The position numbers and the translations under genes are program-made. Under the pieces are notes generated by a model that saw nothing but the letters and a program-made list of their open reading frames with translations, was not told the origin of the DNA and ran no database searches. A stretch of DNA of 64,000 bases from Octopus sinensis (taxonomy: Eukaryota). Of this stretch, positions 62,503-64,000 are shown piece after piece; the first letter of the stretch is position 1; every line of letters begins with the position of its first letter. Where the stretch lies: positions 10,602,001-10,666,000 of the forward strand of contig NC_043000.1 of assembly GCF_006345805.1 (NCBI RefSeq). The letters are read 5' to 3'.

Positions 62503-62740
62503 CTGAATCCTGTTTTTAAATGACTTGCTTCGAGAGTTGCATTTGGTACGATATGGTTATTTTTTTTTTAGTAGTTTTAACTTTGAGTCCCTCCTAGTGT
62601 GTGGCATTTATGTGTAATAATGTCCTCTATATAATATAAATAAATATATTTAAGTGAAAAAAATTGGTGGATTTTTTTCTCTTATGAGGTTTTTCACGCT
62701 AACTACTTGATAAATTCTTATAAAGATTTTATCCTATTTT

Positions 62741-62784
<44 letters not shown>

Positions 62785-62879
62785 CTGGACTGATTGATAT
62801 ATCTGGTGCTTTGCTGTTCACTTGAAGTTCTGTCCACCACAAAAGAATTGATATCCTGGGGAGCATTTTGTCGTGCAAG

Positions 62880-63130
62880 TTACTCAGTAAATCTGTTGGT
62901 GCCATGTAAAATCACCAGTGCAGGTGCCCTGTAAAAAGAAAGTGCTGCTGGTGTCACGTAAAAAACACCCAGTACACTCTGTAAGGTGGTTGGCAACAGG
63001 AAGGGTATCCAGCCAATAAAAACCATGCCAAAACAGACACTGGAGCCTGGTGCAGCCCCTGGCCTTGACAGCTCCCATCAAACTGTCCAATCTATGCCAA
63101 CTTGGTAAATGGATATTAATGATGATGATT
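62880..63130 (+). mobile_element. Family C repeat
   Basis: Family C core with (GAT)n end. Confidence 0.72.
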
Positions 63131-64000
63131 TCTGTATGTGCATTCATATGTTTATCTTCAGTGCCAAAACAGTTGCAAAAGCAAGTTGAATTTTCAGTCA
63201 GTCATGATTCACACCTGATCATCTTATTCCAGGCAGGAAAGATTAGATAATTTTGTCCTGGATAAATGACCAGATGGATTATACCCGTGCTTGCTCAGGG
63301 CAAACTTGGTACTCGACAACAACTGATAACGACCTCTATAGTTCTTTTAAGAATGACAATTAATTCAGGATTATGTATGATCCCCCCCCCCAAAAAAAAG
63401 AAAGAAAGATGTAAGCAACAAAATGATTTGCTAGTTGAACCATCTTTTAAAAATTGTCACTCATTGGTTGTTAAAATCCTTAGAAATTAGGTCATCCACA
63501 TCATACTTCTTGTTGTGTCAATGTACAATGTTCTTGTCATCATCTACTTCTCTAGCTAACCTACATGTGTCTAGGATGTTCACTTTCACCAAGATTGCAG
63601 TATTCTCCCCCTCTGGCAAAATACTTTGTCAATATACTACTTTATCAGTAGTGGTGGTGGTAGTATTATTAGTGACTGATGTTTTTGTAATTGTATTAGA
63701 GATATTATTGTAGTAGTCTGGTAATACAGAATGTGATAATGTTATTGGAGGAGAGTGTAATTAGTAATTATATTAGAGATATTAGAGTAATATCATGCAT
63801 TGTGATAGTGTTGGTAATGTTGTTAGGGGAGGGTGTAATAAAAGTGCTTTAGATGACTTAAAGCATGGAATTTGATGGTAAAATGTTATACTATTATTAA
63901 GAAGACCCCTGAACAGAGGTATCTCAGCCATAGTTATCCCATTTTTTAATTCTGAAAGCGGTTGAAGATAATGTGTGGAGTGGAGTGTGGGAGTAATAAC

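Larger units (their letters stand above)
62166..62628. mobile_element. About 460-bp foldback (long inverted repeat) element carrying an inverted pair of hammerhead motifs, probably PLE-derived
   Basis: Arms 62166-~62390 and ~62403-62628 are reverse complements with scattered mismatches (AGAGGGCATTATTACACATATATGCCACACACTAGGAGGGACTC ... GAGTCCCTCCTAGTGTGTGGCATTTATGTGTAATAATGTCCTCT). Confidence 0.85.

Overview
AT-rich eukaryotic genomic DNA, dominated by repeats. The tRNA-derived SINE families and dense TA/TG/CT microsatellites resemble Octopus/coleoid cephalopod DNA (inference, no search run). The only well-supported host coding sequence is one + strand exon of a BTB-BACK(-Kelch) gene (CDS 61075-61686) with clean splice signals. 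Mobile elements: a near full-length but frameshifted Penelope-like element (PLE; RT + GIY-YIG, 31995-36462); a 5'-truncated CR1-group LINE with an uninterrupted 743-codon ORF nested inside a hAT-type MITE; decayed RTE, HERO-like and other LINE fragments; piggyBac-like MITEs; a non-autonomous Helitron; dozens of SINE copies; and two near-identical tandem duplications. The most notable signal, not visible in the ORF track, is a set of type I hammerhead ribozyme (HHR) motifs found by manual base-pairing. One lies in the PLE 3' terminal repeat, and its predicted cleavage site matches the 5' end of the element. Two form an inverted pair in a 460-bp foldback just downstream of the BTB exon. Others lie in short non-coding elements near 19.6, 22.5, 25.6 and 27.6 kb. 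Most ORFs in the supplied track are microsatellite or SINE artefacts. Boundaries of decayed repeats are approximate.
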